Shown here: piece after piece, positions 20,569 through 31,338 of the stretch
How the letters are laid out: each line of letters opens with the position of its first letter
How positions within the stretch are numbered: position 1 is the stretch's first letter
From: an uncultured archaeon
Lineage (GTDB): Archaea > Asgardarchaeota > Lokiarchaeia > Sigyniarchaeales > SOKP01
Length of the DNA: 64,000 nucleotides
Direction: 5' to 3'
NCBI GenBank assembly: GCA_964388035.1
Contig: CAYLZE010000010.1
Span: forward strand, 1-64,000
Translations under genes and position numbers: made by a program
Notes under the pieces: model-generated
Database searches by the model: none
What the model was told of the DNA's origin: nothing
Seen by the model: only the letters and a program-made list of their open reading frames with translations

Positions 20569-21102
20569 TTATCTTATTATATTCTTAAGCTTAAGAATCT
20601 CATTTTTTTTTAGAAATGCTATTCCACACGTATTTCCTAATATCTCTATTCTTAAAATTTTATCAGGATTATCCAAATCGACTCTATTATCAATTACACT
20701 GGCAACATTATTAATAAAAGAATCTCTAACGATAGCCTCATGTTTTCTCCGTTTTAACACGATTTTGAATGATTCTTTCTCATCAATGTAGTTCCTATAC
20801 GAGTTATCAATCAATTGCTTGATTACCTTAACATTGGTATAGCATACAAAATCAATCGGAACAATTTTAAGAATGTATTGGAAAAAATTGGGATCTCTCT
20901 CTGAGATCTCTCGAAGTTTAAAGATAATGTCTTTAGGATTTTCATTACTTAATGCAATAACTAAACCGGAAAATTCCAATTTCGAAATTATGGGGTATTC
21001 GTCCCCACAAACCAGTAAACTAAACCAAATTTCTGCTTCTGCATTAATTTCATTATACCGTGAGGTAGAGATAAGTAGATTAAAATTATTCAAAGATAAC
21101 AC
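20569..21102 (-). CDS. THUMP domain protein
   Basis: ILKIVPID, SFKIVLKRR, VDLDNPDKILRIEI. Confidence 0.88.
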   Translation of the reverse strand: MLSLNNFNLLISTSRYNEINAEAEIWFSLLVCGDEYPIISKLEFSGLVIALSNENPKDIIFKLREISERDPNFFQYILKIVPIDFVCYTNVKVIKQLIDNSYRNYIDEKESFKIVLKRRKHEAIVRDSFINNVASVIDNRVDLDNPDKILRIEILGNTCGIAFLKKNEILKLKNIIR

Positions 21103-21120
21103 CTCGCTTTCGATAAAGAT

Positions 21121-21777
21121 TTAAGATATTGCTTGAAATACTTGTTCTTCACTGATAGCTCCCAACCGTTTTATGGCAATTTCCTCTCTCGTGCAATCCA
21201 CGATGGTGGTTGGCACTTTAGACTTGGAAATCCCAGCATCTATGATTAAATCAATATGCGTTAAAAACTTTTTAGAAACTTCCGCTCCACTAATGGAGGG
21301 TGGTTCATTCGAATAATTCGCTGACGTGCCTATTAATCCCCCGAAATGACCCCTTTCCTTCAAGGATTTCAATATTGAGGAAATAATCTCATTTCCGGGA
21401 ACTCTAAGCCCTATGGTCTCCTTAAAAGAACTTATTTCGGGAGGAATAATGTTAGGTAATTTTCTTTTCAAAATTAAACTTAATTGTCCTGGCCAAAATT
21501 TATCTGCTAATTTCAAGGCATTGGGATTAAATTCTGCAATTTTTTGAGCTTCCTCAAGATCAGCTACTAATAATAAAAATCCTTTCTCTCGGTCTCGAAA
21601 TTTGATTTTATATAATTTTTCGATAACATCAAGATTTAGAGGATCCCCCCCAAGACCATAAACACTATCTGTTGGAAAAGCTATCAATTTCCCTTCAATT
21701 ACAAAATCAACTGCAGTGTTTAAAAAAATCTTGATATACTCGGTATCGTGTTCTGAAATTTTAATAAGAAAACCCAT
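21121..21777 (-). CDS. L-threonylcarbamoyladenylate synthase (Sua5/YrdC; no C-terminal SUA5 domain)
   Basis: FPTDSVYGL, KxR, FWPG, TSAN, TIVD. Confidence 0.93.
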   Translation of the reverse strand: MGFLIKISEHDTEYIKIFLNTAVDFVIEGKLIAFPTDSVYGLGGDPLNLDVIEKLYKIKFRDREKGFLLLVADLEEAQKIAEFNPNALKLADKFWPGQLSLILKRKLPNIIPPEISSFKETIGLRVPGNEIISSILKSLKERGHFGGLIGTSANYSNEPPSISGAEVSKKFLTHIDLIIDAGISKSKVPTTIVDCTREEIAIKRLGAISEEQVFQAIS

Positions 21778-21878
21778 TAAGATCTAAAACCTCTCTTGAC
21801 ATAAAATAAATGAAATACAACTTTAAAAAATTTAAGATTAATAAAAAAAAAATAACAATTATTGTTCAGGAACAATTC

Positions 21879-22817
21879 TTATAACTCTTGACATTTAAGC
21901 TCATCAGCAACTAGTTTCCACTGTTTATCAAGACTTTCTTGCAATTCTATCAATGTCTTTTCAGAAATACCCGAAAATCTCTTTTGTTTTGATAGATATT
22001 CAATTAGAGGTACGCGTTTGGAGGGATCTAAAAGTGCCTTACTTGATTTTGATAACTTTTTAACTCCGTTTTCAACTTCATAGAGAATCCAAAATCCTGT
22101 TTTTACTGCCAATTTTGCTATTTCAATCGCATCTTCCGAAGGAAATCCCCACCCTGGAGGACAAGGTGCTAAAATATGAATATAACGACACCCTTTTATA
22201 TCCTTGGCTTTCTTGAATTTTTCATAAATGTCAAGGGGGTGTGAGATTGAGGCCGTGGCAACATATGGTATATCATGAGCTTGCATGATCCGCGGCACAT
22301 CTTTCTTATATCTATCCTTTCCAAAGGGAGTAGTTGTTGTTTTTGCTCCATGAGGCGTGCTTGAAGATCTTTGAATACCTGTATTCATGTAAGCTTCATT
22401 ATCATAACACACATAAATGATATCACTATTCCGTTCTGCAGCACCGCTTAGCCCTTGGATTCCTATATCTGTCGTGCCACCATCGCCCGCAAAAACTAGC
22501 GATGTCATGTTCTTCCACGGTCCCTTAGGAAACCGATATGCTTTAGCTTTGAAGGCAGCATCAAATCCCGTCGCTGCTGCAGCTCCTGCAGCAAATGCCA
22601 TGTTGGTGAAAGGAAAGTCTGGAGCCGTTTTAGGCCATAACCCAATTACCACATTCAAACACGATGCGGGCGTAACTAGCGCGGTATTGGGACCTAATGC
22701 TTTAATTGCCCATCTTAATGCAATCTCAAGTCCACATCCTGCACAACATGAATTTCCTGGAAGGAACCATTCCTTACAAGCTATCTCGTCTTCCCAAATC
22801 TCTTTTATTGTGACCAT
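21879..22817 (-). CDS. porB: 2-oxoacid:ferredoxin oxidoreductase beta subunit
   Basis: CAGCG, TPP motif GDGG...DNEAYMNTG. Confidence 0.92.
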   Translation of the reverse strand: MVTIKEIWEDEIACKEWFLPGNSCCAGCGLEIALRWAIKALGPNTALVTPASCLNVVIGLWPKTAPDFPFTNMAFAAGAAAATGFDAAFKAKAYRFPKGPWKNMTSLVFAGDGGTTDIGIQGLSGAAERNSDIIYVCYDNEAYMNTGIQRSSSTPHGAKTTTTPFGKDRYKKDVPRIMQAHDIPYVATASISHPLDIYEKFKKAKDIKGCRYIHILAPCPPGWGFPSEDAIEIAKLAVKTGFWILYEVENGVKKLSKSSKALLDPSKRVPLIEYLSKQKRFSGISEKTLIELQESLDKQWKLVADELKCQEL

Positions 22818-22821
22818 TTTT

Positions 22822-24084
22822 TCATTTCACCTCCAATAGTCCATCCCAAAGGGTTTCATGAATCATTTTCTCTTTAGGAAGCTCTCCCGTTTCTTTAAAA
22901 TGCACCAAGGCTTTAAGTTGTTCCATTTGTTGATCAAGAGAAACTTCCCTTCCACCTAGTCCATTTATGATTGGAACAATTTTAGGTGACTCTTCCAAAT
23001 CATGCAGCACGGATTTAACTTCACCGCTAACGGGACCTCCCGTATAAGAACCAAAAGCCGTTGCTCTGTCCACAACCCCGAGTACTTCTAACTTTTTCGC
23101 AATATTCATGATTTCTTCGGAAGGAAAGGGTCTGAAGTATCTCAGTTTAACAGCTCCCACCTTATATCCTTCTTCACGCACTTGATCTACGGCTTCTTCC
23201 ATCTGTAGGGCTAAATCACCATAATTTAGTATTGCTACTTTGGCATCTTCCATTCTATATTCTTGGATCAAGCCATTTCCATAGCTGCGTCCGAAAGTCT
23301 TCTCAAATTCTCTCGCTGTTTGCTTTATTTTTTCTTTTGCTCGGATCTGTGCATCATGAATCTTCATGCGAAATTCCATGTAAAAACCTGAAGGCATGAT
23401 AAGATTTCCAAACATGAGAGGTCTTTCAGGATCAATCCACACGTGTGGCCATCCCTTTTCATCTGGCAATGGAGGAAGAAATTCGTCAACCATTTCTTGC
23501 TCCTCTAAGGTGACCGGTTTTGAAGTATGGGATAGGATAAACCCTCCATATGCAACAAATTTTGGAAGCAGAACATCCTCATCTTCACAAATCTTATAAG
23601 ACATTAAGATATCATCATAAATTTCTTGATGGGAGGCACAAAAAGAACACATCCATCCTGTATCCCGGGCACTTATTACATCCGAAAAATCCGCCCATAT
23701 ATTCCATGGAGGTGCGGGACCGCGACTTGCAATCGCCATGACAATGGGAAGCCTCACTCCTGCCGCCCAATGCACCATCTCATTCATGTAAAATAGCCCT
23801 TGTCCGGATGTGGCAGTGAACGTCCTTACTCCTGCCATGCTTGCTCCCACTAAACAGGCCAGGACTGAATGTTCAGACTCTACTCTGATATATTGTGTTC
23901 CGGGCATTTCGCCTCCATCCACTAATTCCGACAATTTTTCCACAACGGTAGTTTGGGGCGTTATAGGATAAGCACTTATTACTTGCACTCGGGCTGATTT
24001 CGCAGCATAAGCCGCTGCTACATTTCCCTTAATTATTTTCGTTTCTTTATTTTGAATGAAATCTTTTTGCTGGGGTTTAATCAT
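22822..24084 (-). CDS. porA: 2-oxoacid:ferredoxin oxidoreductase alpha subunit
   Basis: AYPITPQT, VESEH, TATSGQG, FRPFP. Confidence 0.92.
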   Translation of the reverse strand: MIKPQQKDFIQNKETKIIKGNVAAAYAAKSARVQVISAYPITPQTTVVEKLSELVDGGEMPGTQYIRVESEHSVLACLVGASMAGVRTFTATSGQGLFYMNEMVHWAAGVRLPIVMAIASRGPAPPWNIWADFSDVISARDTGWMCSFCASHQEIYDDILMSYKICEDEDVLLPKFVAYGGFILSHTSKPVTLEEQEMVDEFLPPLPDEKGWPHVWIDPERPLMFGNLIMPSGFYMEFRMKIHDAQIRAKEKIKQTAREFEKTFGRSYGNGLIQEYRMEDAKVAILNYGDLALQMEEAVDQVREEGYKVGAVKLRYFRPFPSEEIMNIAKKLEVLGVVDRATAFGSYTGGPVSGEVKSVLHDLEESPKIVPIINGLGGREVSLDQQMEQLKALVHFKETGELPKEKMIHETLWDGLLEVK

Positions 24085-24436
24085 TTTTTATATCCGCCTC
24101 CCTTATCATTTCAATATTTTTAGTGGGACATTCCTTGGCGCAAATGCCACAGCCCTTACAATATCTATAATCAATCTCAAAAGAACCGTCTTCCTTTCTC
24201 TTGATGACGCCCTCTGGACAAAACATCCAGCATATACCGCATTTATTACATCCTTCTTTGATTACAGGGCGAAAGGTTCGCCAATCTCCCGTAATCCCAA
24301 TAGCCCCTTCAATTGGCAGAGAGACGGGAATAGGACTTAACTCTTCCCAGCAAGAATATTCTTGAACTTCGGGGCGTTTATCCCTTTCTTTATTTATTTT
24401 TTTCCATTTTTCAGTATCTGCTTTCGCCATTTTCAT
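24077..24436 (-). CDS. porD: 2-oxoacid:ferredoxin oxidoreductase delta subunit
   Basis: TGDWRTFRP, two CxxCxxC...CP motifs. Confidence 0.92.
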   Translation of the reverse strand: MKMAKADTEKWKKINKERDKRPEVQEYSCWEELSPIPVSLPIEGAIGITGDWRTFRPVIKEGCNKCGICWMFCPEGVIKRKEDGSFEIDYRYCKGCGICAKECPTKNIEMIREADIKND

Positions 24437-25026
24437 GCCTCCTTCACAGATTCGTAAGCTTCCTTCGCTACGCTCATGTTAATTGGTAATTTTTTATCCC
24501 CAAACTCTCTTTTTATTACTTTTTCCATGGTCTTCAGGGTATAAAATCCACTTACTTTTCCAAATGCCCCTAACATGGGAATGTTCAAAATTGGTCCACT
24601 GGAATGCATTAGTTTATGCTTAATACAGATCCCCGTGGCATCTACGATAAACACTTTAGTGTTTTTTGAAAGCAAGGCTGGAGTAAGTGATTTATCACTA
24701 TTCACAATTAGAATCACACCGTCTTTTATCGTTTCTTGTACTTTAGGAATTTCAAGTAGAGATGTATCAAACACGAGAATGAAATCGGGATTTTTAACGC
24801 TATCATAGGTTCTAATTATATGCTCTTTTGAGACCTTTGTAAATGCCATTATGGGGGCGCCTCTTCTCTCTGCTCCAATTATCGGGATGGAGACGCAATC
24901 GATGAACTTTTCTTCATAGGCCATCTCTGCCAATAATTGACTGGCGGTAATAGCAGTTTGTCCTCCCCTTCCATGAAATGTTATTTCAATGGGTTTGCTG
25001 TTCGACCCGAACACTTTTTCTATCAA
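24433..25026 (-). CDS. porG: 2-oxoacid:ferredoxin oxidoreductase gamma subunit
   Basis: HGRGGQ, GAERRGAP. Confidence 0.92.
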   Translation of the reverse strand: MIEKVFGSNSKPIEITFHGRGGQTAITASQLLAEMAYEEKFIDCVSIPIIGAERRGAPIMAFTKVSKEHIIRTYDSVKNPDFILVFDTSLLEIPKVQETIKDGVILIVNSDKSLTPALLSKNTKVFIVDATGICIKHKLMHSSGPILNIPMLGAFGKVSGFYTLKTMEKVIKREFGDKKLPINMSVAKEAYESVKEA

Positions 25027-25465
25027 TTCATTTCATCTTTTTGTTTTTGATTGCTTTTATGGATTATACTAATGCAGCCAATAAAAAAAGAAGACCTTTT
25101 ATTGGCGCATTATAAAATTAAGATTTGTACCACTACAAATAAGAAAATTAAACTTAATAATGATGTAAAGTAAGATTGTCCAATTATTTTAAATCTATTG
25201 ATTGAAAACATTGCAATCTACTTTAATATATTAAGTCTACTATAATTGCTATTTAAAATTGTAATTTGAATTTATATTTTTTGGATAAACTTTATAAGCT
25301 ATTAAATAGTTTCACCCAAAATTATTAAATATCGACATGTATTAGATTAAGGTTAATAGCTTACGATCATTTTATTACATGAATTCTTGCACTAAAATCT
25401 TAAAGATTGTAAACATGAATTCGTTTATTTTTTGATCTTGAAGGAAAACTCTATTTAGCATAAAA

Positions 25466-26026
25466 ATGGAATCCGAAGAACAAAACTCCAATACTGAATT
25501 TACTTTAAATTGTCCTGTTTGCGAGAAAGGAATACTTGAAATAACAAGCCATGTTCATGATCTTCCCGATAAGGATAAGATGTTATTGATTAGTTTTAAT
25601 TGTAATCAATGCGGTTTTCACAAAAATGATATCATTCCTTTAGTAACCAACATTGAGCCGGGGATCAAAACTTTACGGGTAAGCAACTCAGAAGATTTAA
25701 AATCTAAAATATATCGCTCACCTACGGGGAAAATTGAGATTCCTGAGCTTGAATTAGAAGTAGAGCCAGGTCCACAGGCTGATTTTTATTATACGAATGT
25801 GGAGGGAATACTCGATCGATTTAGAAATGCTGTATTAATCTATCAAAATCAGATTCCCGCGGATGATTCCGAACAAAAAAGTATCGATCAAACACTTAGC
25901 GATTTAGATAATGCCATAACGGGAGAATTACAATTTACCCTGATATTAACCGATCTCGAAGGAGGGAGTTATATCATTCCCGTAGACGAAACAAAATTTC
26001 GATATAAAAAAGTTGAACGCAAATAA
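25466..26026 (+). CDS. ZPR1 zinc-finger protein
   Basis: CPVC...CNQCG, IPELELEVEPG, TNVEGIL. Confidence 0.9.
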   Translation: MESEEQNSNTEFTLNCPVCEKGILEITSHVHDLPDKDKMLLISFNCNQCGFHKNDIIPLVTNIEPGIKTLRVSNSEDLKSKIYRSPTGKIEIPELELEVEPGPQADFYYTNVEGILDRFRNAVLIYQNQIPADDSEQKSIDQTLSDLDNAITGELQFTLILTDLEGGSYIIPVDETKFRYKKVERK

Positions 26027-26118
26027 AAATCGATTGTTTCTATCATGATCATTAAGATTTTATATTAAAGCGATTTAATTTATAAATCAAAAGATAAGTA
26101 TATTAAATTGAATAAAAT

Positions 26119-27300
26119 ATGACAGTTAAGAAGATTGGAATTCTCACGGGTGGGGGAGATTGCCCGGGGCTTAATTCTGTTTTATATGCAATCATGTTAA
26201 AAGCATTTGATGCGGGAGTTGATTGTGTAGGTATTTTAAGAGGTTGGAAGGGTTTTTTACAAAATGAGACGGTTGAGTTGAAAGTTGCAGAGCATGATGA
26301 TCTTCATACGATAGGTGGTACTTATTTATACACTAGTCGCACGAATCCCTTCGCACCAGTAGCAAAGGCAAAAGCTGGAGAAGAGAAGGAAAAATTAAGG
26401 AAGAAAATTGCGGAAGAAATGGTTAGAAAGTATGCTGATCTGGGTATTGATGCCTTGATTGTAATCGGAGGCGATGATACTCTAGGAGTGGCGGATGCCA
26501 TGTATAAGCATGCCGGAGCCAAGGTTGTGGGGTGTCCTAAAACTATAGACAATGATCTTGCTGGAACCCACTATACCTTTGGGTTTTGGAGTGCAACCCA
26601 ATTAGCATCAAATGCCTTGGATAATCTTACAACAACTGCTCGATCCCATCAACGTATTTTCGTGGTGGAAATAATGGGCAGAGATGCGGGGTTTCTAACG
26701 CTTTATAGTGGAGTATCCTCCGGTGCAGATATTATATTGATACCAGAATTCCCTTTTGACTTGGATAAAGATGTAGTTCAGGTTCTTAAAAAACGCGTGA
26801 ATGCAGGTTACAAATATCACATCATAGCTTGCTCAGAAGGGGCATATCCTCATAGTGAATCATTAAAAAAAGATTTTAAGACTATATCACAAGAAACAAT
26901 TGATAAATTACCTAAAGATGTATTTGGAAATCCAAAACTTCAATCTTTAAACATATCCCAAATCATAGTTGATGAATTAAATAAGAGAGATGATTTAAAA
27001 CAAGAATTCCAAAAAAATAACGTTGACTTTGAATGCCGTAGTGTCGTTTTAGGTCATACCATGAGAGCGGGAACGCCCAGCGCATTTGATAGAATTCTTG
27101 GTTTACGATTTGGACTAGCTTCCGTGAAGCTTGTGTTGAATGATGACTTTGGAAAGATGGTAGCTCTTAAAGGAAATAAAATTGTCACGATCCCCTTATC
27201 TGAAGGAGTTAAAAAGAAATACGTGTATGAAGATAACGATAAATTAGAACTGAAGGATTTATTGGTAAGAGTGCGGGTTAAAAGCAAGGAATTTCAATAA
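26119..27300 (+). CDS. Phosphofructokinase (PfkA family), probably PPi-dependent
   Basis: TGGGDCPGLN, GGDD plus PKTIDND (Asp/Lys pair associated with PPi use), EIMGR. Confidence 0.88.
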   Translation: MTVKKIGILTGGGDCPGLNSVLYAIMLKAFDAGVDCVGILRGWKGFLQNETVELKVAEHDDLHTIGGTYLYTSRTNPFAPVAKAKAGEEKEKLRKKIAEEMVRKYADLGIDALIVIGGDDTLGVADAMYKHAGAKVVGCPKTIDNDLAGTHYTFGFWSATQLASNALDNLTTTARSHQRIFVVEIMGRDAGFLTLYSGVSSGADIILIPEFPFDLDKDVVQVLKKRVNAGYKYHIIACSEGAYPHSESLKKDFKTISQETIDKLPKDVFGNPKLQSLNISQIIVDELNKRDDLKQEFQKNNVDFECRSVVLGHTMRAGTPSAFDRILGLRFGLASVKLVLNDDFGKMVALKGNKIVTIPLSEGVKKKYVYEDNDKLELKDLLVRVRVKSKEFQ

Positions 27301-27448
27301 ATAATTATAATTCTTCGGAGAATTATAAAGATATAATTGTTTCAGAAATAATTAAGTAATTTCTTTTTAAAAATTTTTAATTCTGTTTATTTAAATTTTA
27401 ATTGGAAATAACTAAGAGATTTAATAAAAAAAAAGGGCTTGATGGAGC

Positions 27449-28120
27449 TCAGACATAATTATATTTTATTCTTCTCCGTATTAGAATAATAATGCTAATT
27501 TCAATCGCACTAAGGATTCCTAATATTAACCAAATGCTGTAACCTGGAATTAAATTACCCGTTGATTGGATGAGTTCAAATACAATTTGGCCCTCAATAT
27601 TCTTTAAATTGAATGAATCTAACATCCCCGTCGTTTGATCATAAGAATAAATGGATGTACCATTATCTAAAGTCACGGTAACAACATTATTAGATACTGT
27701 AACTCCTGGTATTCCATCATATAATTCACCAAGATAGGAAGCTACATCTAATGGGCACACTATCGTCGCTGGTTTATTATAGTTCGGGGTTTTACTTACT
27801 TCAATAGTATCCCCCACCGTATCAGTGACATACGATAGGGATTGAATAAGACCCCCCCATTTTATTTCCCAATAATCTCCTTGATCCGTAATGGTATCTA
27901 CATCAATTTGAATTGGAACTCCAATTATTGATGATGGTATGTCGACATCTTGACCCGTGACATCTTTTATTCCTCTCTGATCAGCTTTGCTTATTTCATA
28001 GGAGAATTTATCTCCCTCCTTAATACCCAACGTGTAATTCTGGGCTAAAGACGGTATTACGATAATAGTGAATAAGACTAGAGAGATAGAAGTAGTGATA
28101 CAAATTTTTGAAAATTTCAT
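27449..28120 (-). CDS. Exported protein with C-terminal Loki-CTERM-like anchor
   Basis: Signal peptide; C-terminal IPGY + TM helix + RRR. Confidence 0.7.
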   Translation of the reverse strand: MKFSKICITTSISLVLFTIIVIPSLAQNYTLGIKEGDKFSYEISKADQRGIKDVTGQDVDIPSSIIGVPIQIDVDTITDQGDYWEIKWGGLIQSLSYVTDTVGDTIEVSKTPNYNKPATIVCPLDVASYLGELYDGIPGVTVSNNVVTVTLDNGTSIYSYDQTTGMLDSFNLKNIEGQIVFELIQSTGNLIPGYSIWLILGILSAIEISIIILIRRRIKYNYV

Positions 28121-28322
28121 AACAAGTTGTGTTTGGAAACACAATTATTTATATATTTAGATATGAAATATAACTACTTCATTAGATGAATTTTGGTAAC
28201 CCTTTAGATTAATCAACAGAATCTTATTCAAATTTGCTTCCCAGTTATACTTAAAGTAGTGTCTTGTCTTAATTTAGTGAAAATAATAGGAAAAAGTAAA
28301 AAAATAAAAAAGAATTTAATTA

Positions 28323-29604
28323 TTAGCCATAATGCTTCTCTTCTTCTTGTTCTGAATCAATAGCATCTTGCTCAACATCTCTGCCCAACCACTTTTCGCT
28401 TAAAATCTCCTTGTACCATTCGTGTTGGATAATGAGGCTCATTATTTCGTATGTACCGAATAGGGATGATGGGAGATCCCAATTCGCTTGTACCGGTCCA
28501 TATGGAGGACAAACGAGCATCTCTCAGTAATCTCTCAATGGGATATACGGTAGTGTAACCGATGCCTCCCATTATTTGCATCGCATTATTTATTACTTTC
28601 CAACACGCTTCCGTGGAGAATTTTTTAGCTTCAGAAACCATTCGTCTTTGTACGCTTGGTGGTGCTCCTGCATCAATCATCCTTGCAGTATTTAAAACGA
28701 TAGAACGTGCGGCATCTAATAGGGTAATTCCCTCTGCCATATTAAAATTTACTGCCTGAAATTTTTGTATTACCTGCCCAAATGCCTTGCGTTTAGTGCT
28801 ATATTTAGCAGCTACCCTTAAACACGCTCTAGCCGTTCCCAATATGCCAGAAGCTGTTGTAAGTCTCTCGGGAACCATCATTTGATAAAATATTTTTCCT
28901 CCTGCTCCTTCTGCTAAAATAACATTCTCTTTTGGAACTTTTACGTCTTTAAACTTTAAACGCCCAGCACCCCCACCACGAGTTCCCATTAATCCATAGA
29001 GATATTCCGTGCTTACTCCTTCAGTCCTATCCACAATGAGGAGACTTAACGCATTATGAGGATCAGCTTTAGGATCCGTGTTAGTTCTAGCATACACCAA
29101 GAAAAAGTCCGCACCTTCCGCACCTACTACGAATCTTTTTTCTCCGTTCAAGATATAATGCTCTCCTTGTTTAACGGCAGTAGAAGTGGCACCGAAAAAA
29201 TCGCTTCCGCCTCGGGGTTCAGTCAGGGCTTCTGCTGTAAATTTTTCTCCTTTGAGCATTGGCACAAGATATTTTTGCTTCTGCTCTTCCGTGCCGAACA
29301 TGTTAAGGGCTTCACCGCAGATACTTACTAGAGAAAAGAGACAGCCCAGAGACATCCCCAGAACGCCAATCTCTTCTAGAGCAACTACTTCGTTTTCCCA
29401 ATTTAATCCTCTTCCTCCATATTTCTTGGGAAATCTGAGGCCAATTAGATTATGTTTTGCAAGACTTTTTAAATATTCGGTTGGGTATCGCACCTCATCT
29501 TTATCCATTTTCTTCAAGAGAGAGGGTGGTACTTCATCCCGGACGAAATTCCTAACCTCTTCTTTCAATTTACGTGTTTCTTCGCTGATTATATAATCAA
29601 ACAT
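28323..29604 (-). CDS. Acyl-CoA dehydrogenase interrupted by a 37-nt BHB intron (414 aa when spliced)
   Basis: ALTEPRGGSD, LNGEKRF, RKAFG, QIMGGIGY, RDAR; removing 28451-28487 joins the ORFs to give IWTGTNEIMSLII. Confidence 0.9.
28451..28487 (-). other. Predicted bulge-helix-bulge intron in mRNA (37 nt)
   Basis: CG-GUAC-AA^G-CGAAUUGGGA...UCCCUAUUCG-GUAC-AU^A-CG: 4-bp helix between two 3-nt bulges. Confidence 0.85.
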
Positions 29605-29763
29605 TTTTATTCTACCACAAACATTCTTGTTCTCGTTAAATAATAATATTCTTAATTGAATATTATATCTTATGGATTTCTCATGCAATATTTAGGATAA
29701 AGTGAGATAAATGCGGTGGAACTCTCCCATTTCAATCCAAGAGAAATAATAAATTCACTCGAA

Positions 29764-30945
29764 TTATTTAATTATCACGTTAAATTTTACTTTTAAATGT
29801 TTATATTTAGAATTCAAAATATCTAAAATCTCCCGGGCAAAATTTTTCAAATTCATTGCCTGTTGTGATTTTTCTTCCACTTGCTCGTGATAAAAATCAT
29901 GTATCAGGGCTCGGGTTTTTATTGGACCGTTTGCTTCTAGATATTCTTGCCAGTGAATGGAAATTTTACCTATCTCTTTTATTTTCTCGTCTGAATATTT
30001 CTTCTCATCTAGGATGAGATCATTGTATTTTTCCAAGACTTTCGCAACGCGCATGAGATGTTGGGAAATTCCTAAAGAATACCGGACTAAACTAATGAGA
30101 TTAGAGGTAGTTCTAGTACTTCTCGTATTTGCCCCTTCCTCAAGAGCTTCTATAGCCTGTTGCCACTCCCTTTCACTATCATTATTCTTTCCGTTCATTA
30201 CTATGGCCACGTTAATCATATCGCTGATATCTACGTCATGACCACGCTTAATCTTCTTGGAAAAAATATCCTTTAAGTTTGATCCTTCTAAAAAGCTTCC
30301 TGCTCCAAAATCCAGTATTTGATTTAGATTATTAGCCGCAGATAATTCCTGGTGCCTCTCTTGGTTAGTAAAGGGATCTTGCCATTTCACGCTTTTTTCC
30401 CATTCTCCCGTTTCTTTATTTTTTATAAACCCGCAATTCTTTAAAGAATAATTTAACAAGTTGACTTGAAAAGTCCAGAAATCAATATCATCAGTAAATC
30501 GTTTCCTTCTCCAATCTCTCGTGGTATATTTACCCAAATACAATTTCAAGGTTCCTCTCACTAGCGATTTTTTCCCATATTTCAAGGCGTCTTGAGCTTC
30601 CTTGCAGTAAGTATGATTGGGATCTTCTGAGCAACTTGAGAGCACATTAAGCACTTTCCGTGCTTCCTTTGCCACAACATCACAGGGGATGCTTCCATCT
30701 GAAGGATACATTCTAGATCCGCCCATCACGAAATTTTCAAATAATTCAAAATCATCCGTGGGGATATTATACCAGGGATTATTGAACATCGTGGCGCTAA
30801 AAACATATTCCGTGAATCCCCAATCATCTTTCAAGGATTCTTTGGGAATTACTTCTCTTATAGAATCTCCTTTTTTTTGGCCATCAGCTCTTTGATCCCA
30901 AATACCTTCGCTCATGAGTATTCTCCTAACGTTATATAATAGCAC
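29764..30945 (-). CDS. Hypothetical protein, possible nucleotidyltransferase fold
   Basis: RFTDDIDF (RxTxDxD-like) motif; true start probably the MSEG Met (~30915). Confidence 0.5.
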   Translation of the reverse strand: MLLYNVRRILMSEGIWDQRADGQKKGDSIREVIPKESLKDDWGFTEYVFSATMFNNPWYNIPTDDFELFENFVMGGSRMYPSDGSIPCDVVAKEARKVLNVLSSCSEDPNHTYCKEAQDALKYGKKSLVRGTLKLYLGKYTTRDWRRKRFTDDIDFWTFQVNLLNYSLKNCGFIKNKETGEWEKSVKWQDPFTNQERHQELSAANNLNQILDFGAGSFLEGSNLKDIFSKKIKRGHDVDISDMINVAIVMNGKNNDSEREWQQAIEALEEGANTRSTRTTSNLISLVRYSLGISQHLMRVAKVLEKYNDLILDEKKYSDEKIKEIGKISIHWQEYLEANGPIKTRALIHDFYHEQVEEKSQQAMNLKNFAREILDILNSKYKHLKVKFNVIIK

Positions 30946-31044
30946 TTTAAAATGAGAATTTCAATCTTATTTCCAATAAATAGGAAAAATAATAAAAAAT
31001 AATTTTTCCCAATTGAAGTTAAGTAAAAATAACACCACTTGCTC

Positions 31045-31338
31045 CTATTCCCTTAAAATACAGTTTTTTTCCAGGATGGGAACGCCCAAATCTTCCAATT
31101 TTTCGTCTACTTCAGCTCTGGAAAAGTTAAAGGCTTGAGATAAATAAGTAACTAATTTTTCTCGTTGTTCGGTAGTTATTGTTGTTAGATCCAAGTAATA
31201 GGCTTTAACTACATCTCCATTAGGGAGCACTAATTCTTGAAGCGTGGAAGATGTAACTTTTACTACCTTGCTTCCAAAAATTTCCTCAAAGACTTTCGCT
31301 CTCTCATTATCCACAATTTCTATTAAGTGATCCGGCAT
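31045..31338 (-). CDS. Hypothetical protein
   Basis: 97-aa ORF with protein-like composition. Confidence 0.65.
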   Translation of the reverse strand: MPDHLIEIVDNERAKVFEEIFGSKVVKVTSSTLQELVLPNGDVVKAYYLDLTTITTEQREKLVTYLSQAFNFSRAEVDEKLEDLGVPILEKNCILRE

